In this document: positions 48,361 to 57,830 of the stretch, in pieces | Layout of the letters: every line of letters begins with the position of its first letter | Numbering within the stretch: the stretch's first letter is position 1 | From: Weeksellaceae bacterium | Lineage (GTDB): Bacteria > Bacteroidota > Bacteroidia > Flavobacteriales > Weeksellaceae | Direction: 5' to 3' | Length of the DNA: 64,000 nucleotides | NCBI GenBank assembly: GCA_051011115.1 | Contig: JBPCUN010000019.1 | Coordinates: 2,843 to 66,842 of the forward strand | Translations under genes and position numbers: made by a program | Notes under the pieces: model-generated | Told to the model about the DNA's origin: nothing | Databases searched by the model: none | The model's input: the letters and a program-made list of their open reading frames with translations, nothing else

Positions 48361-49226
48361 AGTTTTACTTTTTTCGAATTAATGATGGATAAGAGTATAT
48401 AGAGTGATAATGGAATTAGCCCATGAGATAACCTAAATAGGGTATCATGAAGCATGCTAAAGGCTAAAACTTCAAAATTGTTTAGCACTAGATAGTATGC
48501 CATTCTAGCAAATGAGGTAAGGAAACCCCAGAGAATAGCGTAGATTAATGCTGGCTTCCATAAAAACTTTGTAAACAAAAGAGGAAATATCAAGATGTCT
48601 AGCCAACCCACAATGTGTAAGAAAAGTTTAGCTTGAGTCTCATTGACACCAAGTAAAATAATAGTCATGTCTATGAATTTACCAGGTGTTGCATAGAATC
48701 CTATGGCATAAAGCCCATGACCCGCAAAACAAAGTCCAATAACGATTTTGAGCAATAAGGCTAATCGCCTTTTCCCAATGTGTTGATTAATCCATATGGG
48801 AAACAGGAAACAGGTACCTACTTGTATAGCTCCCTCTATTAACTGTGCAGTGTGATAGAATTTCTCTTTAAACTCTAAGAATATCACCAGGGCCAATAAG
48901 ATAGCTCCTATATAGATGATGATGGTGGAAATCTTCTTATAGTAATCTAGGAAAGCTGTAACACATGCTAATGCAGAAATTATAAATATCCACCCTACAA
49001 ATAGAATTGAATCATTGATATAAACATCTGTTTGCGGGCTATTGGCGTAGGTTTTCCAATCTGTATTTAAGATATTTTCTACAATAGGTTTTAATAGCTG
49101 TTGATCCCATAATAAGGTTCTAAAGGGTGCTTCCCAAAATATCAATTGCACGCCCCTGCCGACGAAGATGCAAATAACTGCTAATAAAAATATATTCGTG
49201 AAATAATTAATTTTGAAGGTCCTCAC
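48357..49226 (-). CDS. Hypothetical multi-pass membrane protein
   Basis: About 7-8 hydrophobic helices; FAGHGLYAIG and RLSHG motifs; 4-nt overlap with the phosphoesterase gene. Confidence 0.7.
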   Translation of the reverse strand: MRTFKINYFTNIFLLAVICIFVGRGVQLIFWEAPFRTLLWDQQLLKPIVENILNTDWKTYANSPQTDVYINDSILFVGWIFIISALACVTAFLDYYKKISTIIIYIGAILLALVIFLEFKEKFYHTAQLIEGAIQVGTCFLFPIWINQHIGKRRLALLLKIVIGLCFAGHGLYAIGFYATPGKFIDMTIILLGVNETQAKLFLHIVGWLDILIFPLLFTKFLWKPALIYAILWGFLTSFARMAYYLVLNNFEVLAFSMLHDTLFRLSHGLIPLSLYILLSIINSKKVKL

Positions 49227-49460
49227 AAAGATTTAATTTGTATAAATTTAAATCAATAGAAAGACTATCAGTTTATGCTATAGACAATTGTATATTAACC
49301 CTATGTCAATAAAATTGAGTAATGTTATCAAATCGTAAAAGCTGTACAATATATTAAACTTATCGATAATTAATATATGGGCGTGATCCATTGCACTCTG
49401 ACACCACTATACTTATATTAATGAAGTATAAGATTTGATTTTAGACAATTGATTAGTATA

Positions 49461-50054
49461 TCAATTGTTGATAAAGTTCACCTTATTTTTTAAAGCATCT
49501 TTTTGCTCTAAAAACTGTTCCGGGAAGATTGCTCTGGTAGCATTTTCTATGAGGGTAACCTCAAAACCTTCTTTCAAAGCATCCATCATCGAATAATACA
49601 CACAAAAATCTGCAGCCAAACCTACAAAATGAACTTCGGAAACTCCTTTTTCTTTTAAATAACCACTCAATCCTGTGGTTTTCAGGTGCCCATTATCAAA
49701 AAATCCACTGTAGCTATCAATCTCTGCGTTCATTCCTTTTCTAAAGATTGCTTCTACTTTTTTAAAGTCTAAATCTTGATGAAATTCTGCTCCATGTGTT
49801 CCCTGTACACAATGATCTGGCCACAATACTTGAGGCAACCCATTAAGCTCTGTAGTTGCATAAGGTTCCATTCCTGGGTGTTGTGATGCAAAACTCTTAT
49901 GATCTGCTGGATGCCAATCTTGTGTTGCCAATACCAAATCATAATCCTGAATTAGCTTATTAATTAACGGTATAATTTCATCACCACCCTCAACAGCTAA
50001 ACTACCGCCAGGCAAGAAATCATATTGCATATCTATGACAATAAGTGCTTTCAT
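49461..50054 (-). CDS. pncA: Nicotinamidase/pyrazinamidase
   Basis: IDMQYDF.PGGSLAV, QDWHP..H.SF, WPDHCVQGT, DSYSGF, GLAADFCV. Confidence 0.93.
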   Translation of the reverse strand: MKALIVIDMQYDFLPGGSLAVEGGDEIIPLINKLIQDYDLVLATQDWHPADHKSFASQHPGMEPYATTELNGLPQVLWPDHCVQGTHGAEFHQDLDFKKVEAIFRKGMNAEIDSYSGFFDNGHLKTTGLSGYLKEKGVSEVHFVGLAADFCVYYSMMDALKEGFEVTLIENATRAIFPEQFLEQKDALKNKVNFINN

Positions 50055-50071
50055 AAGATCATTTGAATCCG

Positions 50072-51388
50072 TTAATTGAATATAAGATTGAAAATATCAT
50101 TCCCAAATATAAAGACCATAAGTCCCATAAGGAATATAACGCCTATATATTGCATCACCTCCATAAACTTATCACCAGGTTTATGACCTGTCACCATTTC
50201 ATAAATAGTAAACATCGCATGTCCTCCATCTAATCCTGGGATTGGTAAAATATTCACGAATGCCAACCATGCAGAAAGCAAGGCCGTAAAACTCCAAAAG
50301 AAAGTCCAGTTCCATGCAGAAGGCAACTGTTTGGCAATCCCTATTGGACCAGCCATATATTTAGTAGCTTCACCTTTTAATTTCCATAAGACCTTAAAGG
50401 ATTGTACTTGATCTGTAATGGTAGAGAATGTTAATTTAACGCCTCTGCTAAGAGATTCTCCAAGGGTAAATTTTTGAGTGTCTGTAATAGATTCATAATC
50501 AAAAGTAGGTATGATACCTACCTTAGCTTCTGCTGGTACTCCTACTACAATCTGTTCTTCTGTCCCATTTCTATTTACTCCAAATGCAACATCTTGATTG
50601 GCACTATTTCTTATGGTCCTCGTAACTTCAACCCAACTATCTACTGGTTTTCCATTGAGAGAGGTTATGACATCGCCTTTCTTTAACCCTGCCTCTGCGG
50701 CCACATATAGGGTGGTATCTAGTTTTACTGGAAATTCAGGTGCTGGAGAAAAGAAACCACCTTTCATCTCTAGCATATGTACCAGATCAGAAGTCTTGAT
50801 TGGTAAATCTACTTCTTCATTTCCGCGTTTGATATTAAGAACACCGCCATCTATTAAAGCTCTCTTGCTGATTTCACTTAACTTGTCATAATGAATTCCA
50901 TTTACCCCAATTGGCACGTCACCAGGCTGTAAACCTAAATCCATTTGCGCAGAATCTATAGCAATTCCATTTTCTAATTTATTGACGTTCACATAACTTT
51001 CTCCATTTTGATAGCTTAAAACTGTGAAGATTACTATCGCTAATACAAGATTTACAAATATACCGGCAAGCATAATTATGAGCCTCTGCCAAGCTGGTTT
51101 GGACCTAAACTCCCATGGTTGTGCTGGTTTCTTTAATTGCTCGGTATCCATGCTCTCGTCAACCATCCCTGCAATCTTTACATAACCACCTAAGGGTAAC
51201 CAACCTATACCGTAAACGGTTTCTCCTATTTTAGTTTTGAATAAGGCAAACTTGACGTCAAAAAACAAAAAGAATCTCTCTACTTTAGTCTTAAATAACT
51301 TGGCCGCTGCAAAATGTCCTCCTTCATGCAACACTACGATGATGGATAATACCAAAATCATTTGTGCTGCCTTTATTAATACTTCCAT
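50072..51388 (-). CDS. rseP: RIP metalloprotease RseP
   Basis: HEGGH, PLGGYVKI, PDZ domain, NILPIPGLDGGH. Confidence 0.93.
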   Translation of the reverse strand: MEVLIKAAQMILVLSIIVVLHEGGHFAAAKLFKTKVERFFLFFDVKFALFKTKIGETVYGIGWLPLGGYVKIAGMVDESMDTEQLKKPAQPWEFRSKPAWQRLIIMLAGIFVNLVLAIVIFTVLSYQNGESYVNVNKLENGIAIDSAQMDLGLQPGDVPIGVNGIHYDKLSEISKRALIDGGVLNIKRGNEEVDLPIKTSDLVHMLEMKGGFFSPAPEFPVKLDTTLYVAAEAGLKKGDVITSLNGKPVDSWVEVTRTIRNSANQDVAFGVNRNGTEEQIVVGVPAEAKVGIIPTFDYESITDTQKFTLGESLSRGVKLTFSTITDQVQSFKVLWKLKGEATKYMAGPIGIAKQLPSAWNWTFFWSFTALLSAWLAFVNILPIPGLDGGHAMFTIYEMVTGHKPGDKFMEVMQYIGVIFLMGLMVFIFGNDIFNLIFN

Positions 51389-51412
51389 ATAATGTTTCTA
51401 AATTTAAAAGTG

Positions 51413-51420
51413 CAAAAGTA
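51413..51420 (-). promoter_or_regulatory. Sigma-A -7 element for rseP-pncA
   Basis: TACTTTTG on the minus strand, 25 nt upstream of the ATG. Confidence 0.5.
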
Positions 51421-51450
51421 GCGAATTCTTTATTAAGCTAGGTATTCGTT

Positions 51451-52896
51451 CTACTCCTTAAGGTATTGAATGGTATCTAGTTTTAATCTCGCTTTCAAGT
51501 ATTCATTGATACGCAACTCATCTTTTGCTCGCTCTTTCTTCTGCTCGGCTGTAAGTGGGTTTTGTTTCCAAGTTAAAATAAAAGTAGGAATGATATTTTT
51601 ATCTCCTTTTTTATTGAAGTCTTTATAGTTGAAGACTCCATACCCAAAATGCTGTATTTCTGGATATTGCCCCTTAAGTTCTGTAGCAATGCTTTGAAAT
51701 GGTATGGTATCACTATTCAAACGCGCAACTTGGTTTTTAAGCGATTCTATGGTAGAATCTTTGGCTTGTATTTCTATTCCAGTGGCTTGATACAATGATC
51801 TGACTAATTCTTGACCATCCTTCTGCCAGTTCGTAGTATTATACCCAGCACCTTGATAAACAGCAAGTCTGGTATTTTTTAAATTGTATTCCTTATCCAT
51901 TATTTTATTCCAATTATTAATCACTTCACTTGGAATCGTTTCTGTGAGCGTAGAAATTGTTACAATTTTAATCGAATCATTTTGTGTAATAATTGGATTA
52001 TTCAGGTTAAAGAATGTATTTTCATAAACAGAGGCTACTTCATTCTTTAAAAATGCTTGAACTTTTTGATTAAATAACTCTTCATTTATGATATTATAAA
52101 AAATAAATGAACTAGGAATCATAGTCAAAAGTGCGATCCCAATGATTAAATAATTAGTTCTTTTAGCTTGTTGTGCATTTTGATATTTAGCCAAAGGAAA
52201 TCTGGTGATTTTTATAAAAACATAGGTTGAAATCCCTATAAATATGGAGTTGATAAAGAATAAATACAAAGCATTAGCCGCTGCAGAAAATCCTGTATAT
52301 TCTTTGTATCCTATATCTTGAGAACCCATTGCTAATCCATAACCAGCGGTACAAAGTGGTGGCATTAAGGCCGTAGCGATGGCAACTCCAGCAATTACGT
52401 TGGCATTTTTAATTTTAGAACATAGCGCTGCAATTCCTGCAAAACCACCAAACAAGGCAATCATTACATCTAAACTGGTTGGTTCTATCCTGCCCTGTAG
52501 CTGTAAGGTCAAGGATTTTAAGGGGACCAACAAAAAATAGGTGGTAGAGGTAATCAATGCTAAAACCACCATAATCGCAAAGTTGATTAAAGACTTTCTT
52601 AATGTTTCCCAATCATTTACTGCCACAGAGTATCCAAGCCCTACAATCGGCCCCATTAGAGGAGATATTAACATGGCTCCAATCACAACCGCTACAGAGT
52701 TCGCGTTCAACCCAATAGAAGCCACAATAATAGATGCAATTAATACAAAGGCAGGCATACCTTTAAAGTTGATATTATTTAATATCTCTTCTCTTGCTCT
52801 TTGCTTATCTACATTTGAGCTAAGCTCAAAAACACCTTTTATGAAGTCTATTACAGCCTCTCCTAGGCTAGGAGTTTCATCTTTTTCGTTCTCCAT
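51451..52896 (-). CDS. DUF389 family membrane protein
   Basis: NSVAVVIGAMLISPLMGPI, GVAIATALMPPLCTAG. Confidence 0.9.
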   Translation of the reverse strand: MENEKDETPSLGEAVIDFIKGVFELSSNVDKQRAREEILNNINFKGMPAFVLIASIIVASIGLNANSVAVVIGAMLISPLMGPIVGLGYSVAVNDWETLRKSLINFAIMVVLALITSTTYFLLVPLKSLTLQLQGRIEPTSLDVMIALFGGFAGIAALCSKIKNANVIAGVAIATALMPPLCTAGYGLAMGSQDIGYKEYTGFSAAANALYLFFINSIFIGISTYVFIKITRFPLAKYQNAQQAKRTNYLIIGIALLTMIPSSFIFYNIINEELFNQKVQAFLKNEVASVYENTFFNLNNPIITQNDSIKIVTISTLTETIPSEVINNWNKIMDKEYNLKNTRLAVYQGAGYNTTNWQKDGQELVRSLYQATGIEIQAKDSTIESLKNQVARLNSDTIPFQSIATELKGQYPEIQHFGYGVFNYKDFNKKGDKNIIPTFILTWKQNPLTAEQKKERAKDELRINEYLKARLKLDTIQYLKE

Positions 52897-52908
52897 ATAA
52901 TTCTTTAT

Positions 52909-53994
52909 TTAAACAAATTTCTCCCCACCCTTGGTAAGCTTTAAATCGTTTACAAACTTTTTCACGGTTTGATCACTAGTGATTGGACACACCAACAAAG
53001 CTTCTTTGGTATCCACGATAATAAAGTCTTCTAAACCTTCAATGACCACCGCTTTATCTTCTAATACATTCACCATATTGCGAGAGGCATCATATAATTT
53101 GACTAATTTACCTCTTACTGCATTTTTATCCTTATCTTTTTCGCTATTTTCATAAAGAGAAGACCATGTACCTAAATCACTCCAACCAAAACTTGAAGGA
53201 ATTACATACACTTCTTTGTACTTTTCTAAAATCCCAATATCGATTGAAACCCGTTGTAAGGTTGGGTAAACTTTAGAAATTAATTCACTTTCTTTTACCG
53301 TCCCTAACGCATGTTTTACTTCTGCCAACGTTGTATACATATCTGGTAAAAGCTCTTGAAAAGCATGAATAATGGTTTTTGCCTTCCAAATAAATATTCC
53401 TGAGTTCCATAAGAAATCTCCTGATGCTATAAATTGTTCTGCTAAAGCTAAATCAGGTTTTTCTGTAAAGGTTTTCACTTTTTTTACAGGATCGTCCTCA
53501 GATTCCACATACTGTATATAGCCGTATCCTGTATCAGGTCTTGTAGGTTTAATCCCCAAAGTGTATAAACCATCTTTTTGTTGTAAACTTTCTATTGCAA
53601 TACCAACTTGTTTTACGAATTTCGAAGGCTCTAAAATCAAATGATCTGATGGGCAGAATACAATGTTCGCATCCTCCTGTAGCTTTTCTATTCTCATAGA
53701 AGAATATAATACACATGGAGCCGTATTCATCCCTACAGGTTCTACAATGATTTGATCATCATGCAATGCGGGGATTTGTTCTTTTACTATATCTTTATAT
53801 ATACGATCTGTTATGACATATACTTTATCTTGGGTGGTGACCTTTAATAATCTTTCGTAAGTCTGTTGTATTAATGTTTTACCTACACCCAATACGTCAT
53901 GAAACTGTTTAGGGTAGTCTGACGTGCTCAATGGCCAAAATCTTGTGCCCACACCACCTGCCATTATTACACAATAAGTATTTGTATCTATCAT
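52909..53994 (-). CDS. manC: Mannose-1-phosphate guanylyltransferase
   Basis: MAGGVGTRFWPLS...PKQF, EP..MNTAP, PSDH, FTEKP, WNSGIF, WSDLGTW. Confidence 0.92.
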   Translation of the reverse strand: MIDTNTYCVIMAGGVGTRFWPLSTSDYPKQFHDVLGVGKTLIQQTYERLLKVTTQDKVYVITDRIYKDIVKEQIPALHDDQIIVEPVGMNTAPCVLYSSMRIEKLQEDANIVFCPSDHLILEPSKFVKQVGIAIESLQQKDGLYTLGIKPTRPDTGYGYIQYVESEDDPVKKVKTFTEKPDLALAEQFIASGDFLWNSGIFIWKAKTIIHAFQELLPDMYTTLAEVKHALGTVKESELISKVYPTLQRVSIDIGILEKYKEVYVIPSSFGWSDLGTWSSLYENSEKDKDKNAVRGKLVKLYDASRNMVNVLEDKAVVIEGLEDFIIVDTKEALLVCPITSDQTVKKFVNDLKLTKGGEKFV

Positions 53995-54593
53995 AGATGT
54001 CTATCTTCAATTACCTCATCCACAGGAGCAAGCATATGTATAGTATACCTTTTACTGCTAGAGATTTCGGTGCAAAGATATCTTATTTTTCTAATGTTTC
54101 CTTTTTTGAATATCTTTTCTTTAATTCTAAAAACTGATCCAGAAGGAATATCTCGTAATAATAATTGCTCTTTATTCTCTTCTTTTAAGAAATAAGTAGC
54201 TAATTCTTTTGATGCATAAAAACTAGCTCTAGGATTGTTGGAAAAATTTAAAAGTAAAGGTTGCATTGAAATTGGATATAAGTGTGCGCTTTCTCTAATA
54301 AGATGCCCAAAACAAAACTTCCATTCATTCCCATGGGGTTTGATGGTATTTCCATACTTTTCCCTCGCATGTAAATGTGCTATTTCATGGGTGAGCGTAA
54401 AAAATGTTAATTCTGGGGACATCCCAATATTCAAGGTAATTTGATGAGTGTTGTGGGCTAATTTCCTATAATCACCTAGCTTGCTTTCTCTCGCATTTTT
54501 GATAACAATTTTTATCTTATACCCCTTACACCATTGATTCAAATAATCTCTAGAGCCAGGGATCAAATACTTTTGTAGTTCTGCATTAAACAT
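53991..54593 (-). CDS. SprT-like zinc metalloprotease
   Basis: KLGDYR, HEIAH (HExxH), PHGNEWK. Confidence 0.85.
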   Translation of the reverse strand: MFNAELQKYLIPGSRDYLNQWCKGYKIKIVIKNARESKLGDYRKLAHNTHQITLNIGMSPELTFFTLTHEIAHLHAREKYGNTIKPHGNEWKFCFGHLIRESAHLYPISMQPLLLNFSNNPRASFYASKELATYFLKEENKEQLLLRDIPSGSVFRIKEKIFKKGNIRKIRYLCTEISSSKRYTIHMLAPVDEVIEDRHL

Positions 54594-54645
54594 TCGCCTA
54601 AAATATTAATTTTACTTGTAATTATAAATAGTTTAATTTAGCAGA

Positions 54646-55404
54646 ATGAATTTCATTACCTCATATTTAGAATCTATTGGCAGGTATTTTATGCTGATAT
54701 TTGATTCATTTAGAATTCCTAAAAATTTAAAGGTATTTCATAAGCTAACGATGAGAGAGGTTTATGATCTTGGGGTTAATTCTCTCGGTTTGGTAGCGTT
54801 TCTATCACTCTTTATGGGAGCTGTTTTAGCCATTCAAATGTATCAAAATTTTAAAGGAGCAGCAATGCCCATTCCGGATTACTATGTAAGCTATGCGACC
54901 AAGGTTGTTTTAGTGTTAGAATTTTCTAGTACGATTGTATGCATCATATTAGCGGGAAAGGTGGGTTCTTTTATTGCCTCAAGTATTGGAACCATGCGTG
55001 CAACAGAGCAAATAGATGCCTTTGAGGTGATGGGGGTTAATGGTGCTAATTTTCTAATTTTACCTAAAATTATAGCTTCTTTACTTTTTTATCCTATCTT
55101 ATTTATGGTTAGTGTGATTATGGGGATAGCAGGTGGGCACCTGGTAGGTTTCGTTACTGGCCAATGGTCTACCATAGATTTCATAGAAGGATTACAGATG
55201 CCCTTTGATCCTTGGTTTTATTGGTATTCTTTGATTAAGATGGAAGTCTTTGCTTTCGTAATCGCCACAATTCCAGCATATTTTGGTTATTATGTAGATG
55301 GAGGAAGTCTAGAAGTCGGTAGATCCAGCACTACTGCGGTGGTATGGACTTGCGTGGTGATTATAGTTTTAAATCTTGTATTAACGCAGTTACTATTGAT
55401 ATGA
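54646..55404 (+). CDS. mlaE: MlaE family ABC permease
   Basis: AGKVGS.IASSIGTMRATEQIDAFEVMG; GGSLEVGRSST. Confidence 0.9.
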   Translation: MNFITSYLESIGRYFMLIFDSFRIPKNLKVFHKLTMREVYDLGVNSLGLVAFLSLFMGAVLAIQMYQNFKGAAMPIPDYYVSYATKVVLVLEFSSTIVCIILAGKVGSFIASSIGTMRATEQIDAFEVMGVNGANFLILPKIIASLLFYPILFMVSVIMGIAGGHLVGFVTGQWSTIDFIEGLQMPFDPWFYWYSLIKMEVFAFVIATIPAYFGYYVDGGSLEVGRSSTTAVVWTCVVIIVLNLVLTQLLLI

Positions 55405-56171
55405 TAGAAGTAAAAAACTTAAAGAAATCATTTGGTGACACAGAGGTACTGAAGGGAATTTCTACTGATTTTGAAAAGGGTAAAACAAGTTTAGTGATAG
55501 GATCTTCTGGAGCTGGTAAAACAGTTTTCTTCAAATGTCTTTTGGGAATATTTAAACCCACCAGTGGAGAAATTATATATGACGGCGATCGATCATCAGA
55601 GGATAATAAAGAAAGTATACAAGAAAGAAGAAAAAACATAGGTACAGTATTTCAGTATTCTGCTTTATTTGATTTTATGACCGTAGAAGAAAACGTTATG
55701 TTTCCTTTAGAAATGTTTTCTAAAATGTCTAATTCAGAAAAAATAGACAGAGCCCATGAAGTTTTAAAAAGAGTAAACCTTGAAGAAGAATCTTTTAAAA
55801 AGTTACCTTCTGAAATTTCTGGGGGAATGAAAAAACGTGTAGCAATTGCCCGTGCGGTGGTGAACAAACCTAAATATCTCTTTTGTGATGAACCAAATTC
55901 TGGTTTAGACCCTAAAACAGCCAATATTATAGATAATCTGATTCATGAAATTACCCAAGAATATGAAATTACTACCATTATAAACTCTCATGATATGAAC
56001 TCTGTGTTAGAAATTGGTGAGAAAATAGTATTTCTAAATGATGGTTTGTTGGCTTGGGAAGGATCCAACAAAGAAATTTTGCATACAGAACAAGAAGATG
56101 TAATGAATTTCGTTTATAACTCAGACCTTATGAAGAAAGTGAGACAAGCACTTATTAAAGAAGGAAAATAA
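55401..56171 (+). CDS. mlaF: MlaF family ABC ATP-binding protein
   Basis: GSSGAGKT, FQYSALFD, ISGGMKKRVAIARA, DEPNSGLDP. ATG at 55401 overlaps the mlaE stop (ATGA). Confidence 0.9.
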   Translation: MIEVKNLKKSFGDTEVLKGISTDFEKGKTSLVIGSSGAGKTVFFKCLLGIFKPTSGEIIYDGDRSSEDNKESIQERRKNIGTVFQYSALFDFMTVEENVMFPLEMFSKMSNSEKIDRAHEVLKRVNLEEESFKKLPSEISGGMKKRVAIARAVVNKPKYLFCDEPNSGLDPKTANIIDNLIHEITQEYEITTIINSHDMNSVLEIGEKIVFLNDGLLAWEGSNKEILHTEQEDVMNFVYNSDLMKKVRQALIKEGK

Positions 56172-56243
56172 TTTACCTATTCTTAAAGTTATATATGAAA
56201 GAAAGGCAAACTAATTGCATTAAACCTTAAAACAATCAATTAT

Positions 56244-56831
56244 ATGAAACGTTCTCTTTTATTTTTAGTTTTAATTATTGCTGGATTTGCACAAGCTCAA
56301 ATAGGAGTAAAAGCTGGGTTAACATACAATGCAGACGATGGATTATACAAATCCGTTGAAAACACTTATACCAACAAAGGGAAAGGTAGCATGGGATACC
56401 ATGTAGGTATTTATAAAAAATTCGCTTTAACAGGACTCTATGTACAACCAGAACTTTGGTATGTAAATTACAAAAATGAATTTGAAAACCAAGCGGGTAA
56501 AGATATTGATGTCAAATATAAACGTATAGACCTCCCTATAAGTGTGGGTACTTCTGTATTACGATTGGGGTATGTACAAGCTGGTCCTGTTTTCTCATAT
56601 TACTTTGATGATAAAATAAACATAGATGAAATTTCAGAAATTGAACAGACAGATATTGCAGTCGCATTGCAATTAGGTGCTGGCCTATCTTTCCAAAACT
56701 ATGATATTATGCTACGTTATGATTTCCCATTAGGAGATCGTGAAACGAAATGGTTACAAAATAGTGATTATGAGTTTGTAACAGAAAACTCACCTAAATT
56801 ATTACATGTAAGTGTTGGGTATAGATTTTAA
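56244..56831 (+). CDS. Small outer membrane beta-barrel protein (PorT/OMP-barrel-like)
   Basis: Signal AQAQ, GVKAG, YVQPEL, C-terminal VGYRF. Confidence 0.75.
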   Translation: MKRSLLFLVLIIAGFAQAQIGVKAGLTYNADDGLYKSVENTYTNKGKGSMGYHVGIYKKFALTGLYVQPELWYVNYKNEFENQAGKDIDVKYKRIDLPISVGTSVLRLGYVQAGPVFSYYFDDKINIDEISEIEQTDIAVALQLGAGLSFQNYDIMLRYDFPLGDRETKWLQNSDYEFVTENSPKLLHVSVGYRF

Positions 56832-57592
56832 ACCAATAGAACCTCTACCCCTCTTTCTTGTATAGCGTGCAGAAAGGCATGATCTATTGGTTTATTGGTA
56901 ATTAGTATATCTATTTCTTCTATATCGGCTATTTTACCAAAACCTTTTTTATTGATTTTTGTGGCATCCGCTAATACAACAACCTTGTCGGCTTGGCTCA
57001 GCATCGTTTTATTCAGTTGAGCCTCTGCTGCATTGGAGGTACTAATTCCGAAGTTTAAATCAATACCATCAACACCTAAAAATAACAAGTGGGCGGAATA
57101 TTGTTTAATAGCGTTTTCTGCAATAGACCCAATCACAGAACGAGAACTCTTGCGTAATTCTCCCCCAATTTGAATGATATTCATCAGCGGATTTTCACCT
57201 AAAAGAATCGACACACTTAGCGACGGCGTACACACCGTTAACTGGTTAAAAGATAGAAGTTCTTGCGCTAAATAATAAACAGTAGTTCCCGACGCAAGAA
57301 CCAAAAAATCATTCTCAGAGATTAACGAAGTTGCCTTTTTGGCAATTTTTATTTTCTCATCTACTTGCAAAGTCTGCTTTTCTAAAATTGGTTTTTCATA
57401 AGCGTACAAGTTTCGCTTGCTTACACCACCATGGGTTCTAAACACATAACCTTTTTTCTCTAGCAAGGTTAAATCCTTGCGTACGGTTACAAGAGACACA
57501 TCCAACTTATCAGCTAATTCTTTTACGGAAATAAATTCGTTTTCCTCTAAAATTTCTATAATCTCAGTATGACGGAGGTTTAATTTTTCCAT
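56828..57592 (-). CDS. glpR: DeoR/GlpR family transcriptional regulator
   Basis: HTH VSLVTVRKDL...RTHGG, EK..IA..A, SGTT, FLGVDG; divergent from the glp operon. ATG at 57592 preferred. Confidence 0.82.
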   Translation of the reverse strand: MEKLNLRHTEIIEILEENEFISVKELADKLDVSLVTVRKDLTLLEKKGYVFRTHGGVSKRNLYAYEKPILEKQTLQVDEKIKIAKKATSLISENDFLVLASGTTVYYLAQELLSFNQLTVCTPSLSVSILLGENPLMNIIQIGGELRKSSRSVIGSIAENAIKQYSAHLLFLGVDGIDLNFGISTSNAAEAQLNKTMLSQADKVVVLADATKINKKGFGKIADIEEIDILITNKPIDHAFLHAIQERGVEVLLV

Positions 57593-57798
57593 TATTGTTA
57601 AACAATTATATTTCAAATTTAACGAATAGTTTCGTTTTTCTTCGCAAAACACAGTAAAATCTTAAAGAAAATATGATTTTAATTAGGTTATTTTTGCCAA
57701 GTTACTTATTATCAAACACATAATTTATTAAATTATAAAATATTCCACCTTTAAATTTCTACATATCTAATTTACTTGTTTTTTCGTTAACTTTCTTT

Positions 57799-57806
57799 TA
57801 TCTTTG
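57799..57806 (+). promoter_or_regulatory. Sigma-A -7 element of the glp operon
   Basis: TATCTTTG, 25 nt upstream of the ATG at 57831. Confidence 0.6.
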
Positions 57807-57830
57807 ATTAACCAAACAAAATATTTCGTT

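Noticed and set aside
49227-49460. Possible PHO-box-like repeats upstream of the phosphoesterase operon
   Set aside because: Only two loosely similar 5-mers at 11-bp spacing; not distinguishable from AT-rich background.
51451-56171. DUF389-manC-SprT / mlaE-mlaF block as a novel system
   Set aside because: I recognise this as a commonly conserved Flavobacteriales neighbourhood of housekeeping-type genes.
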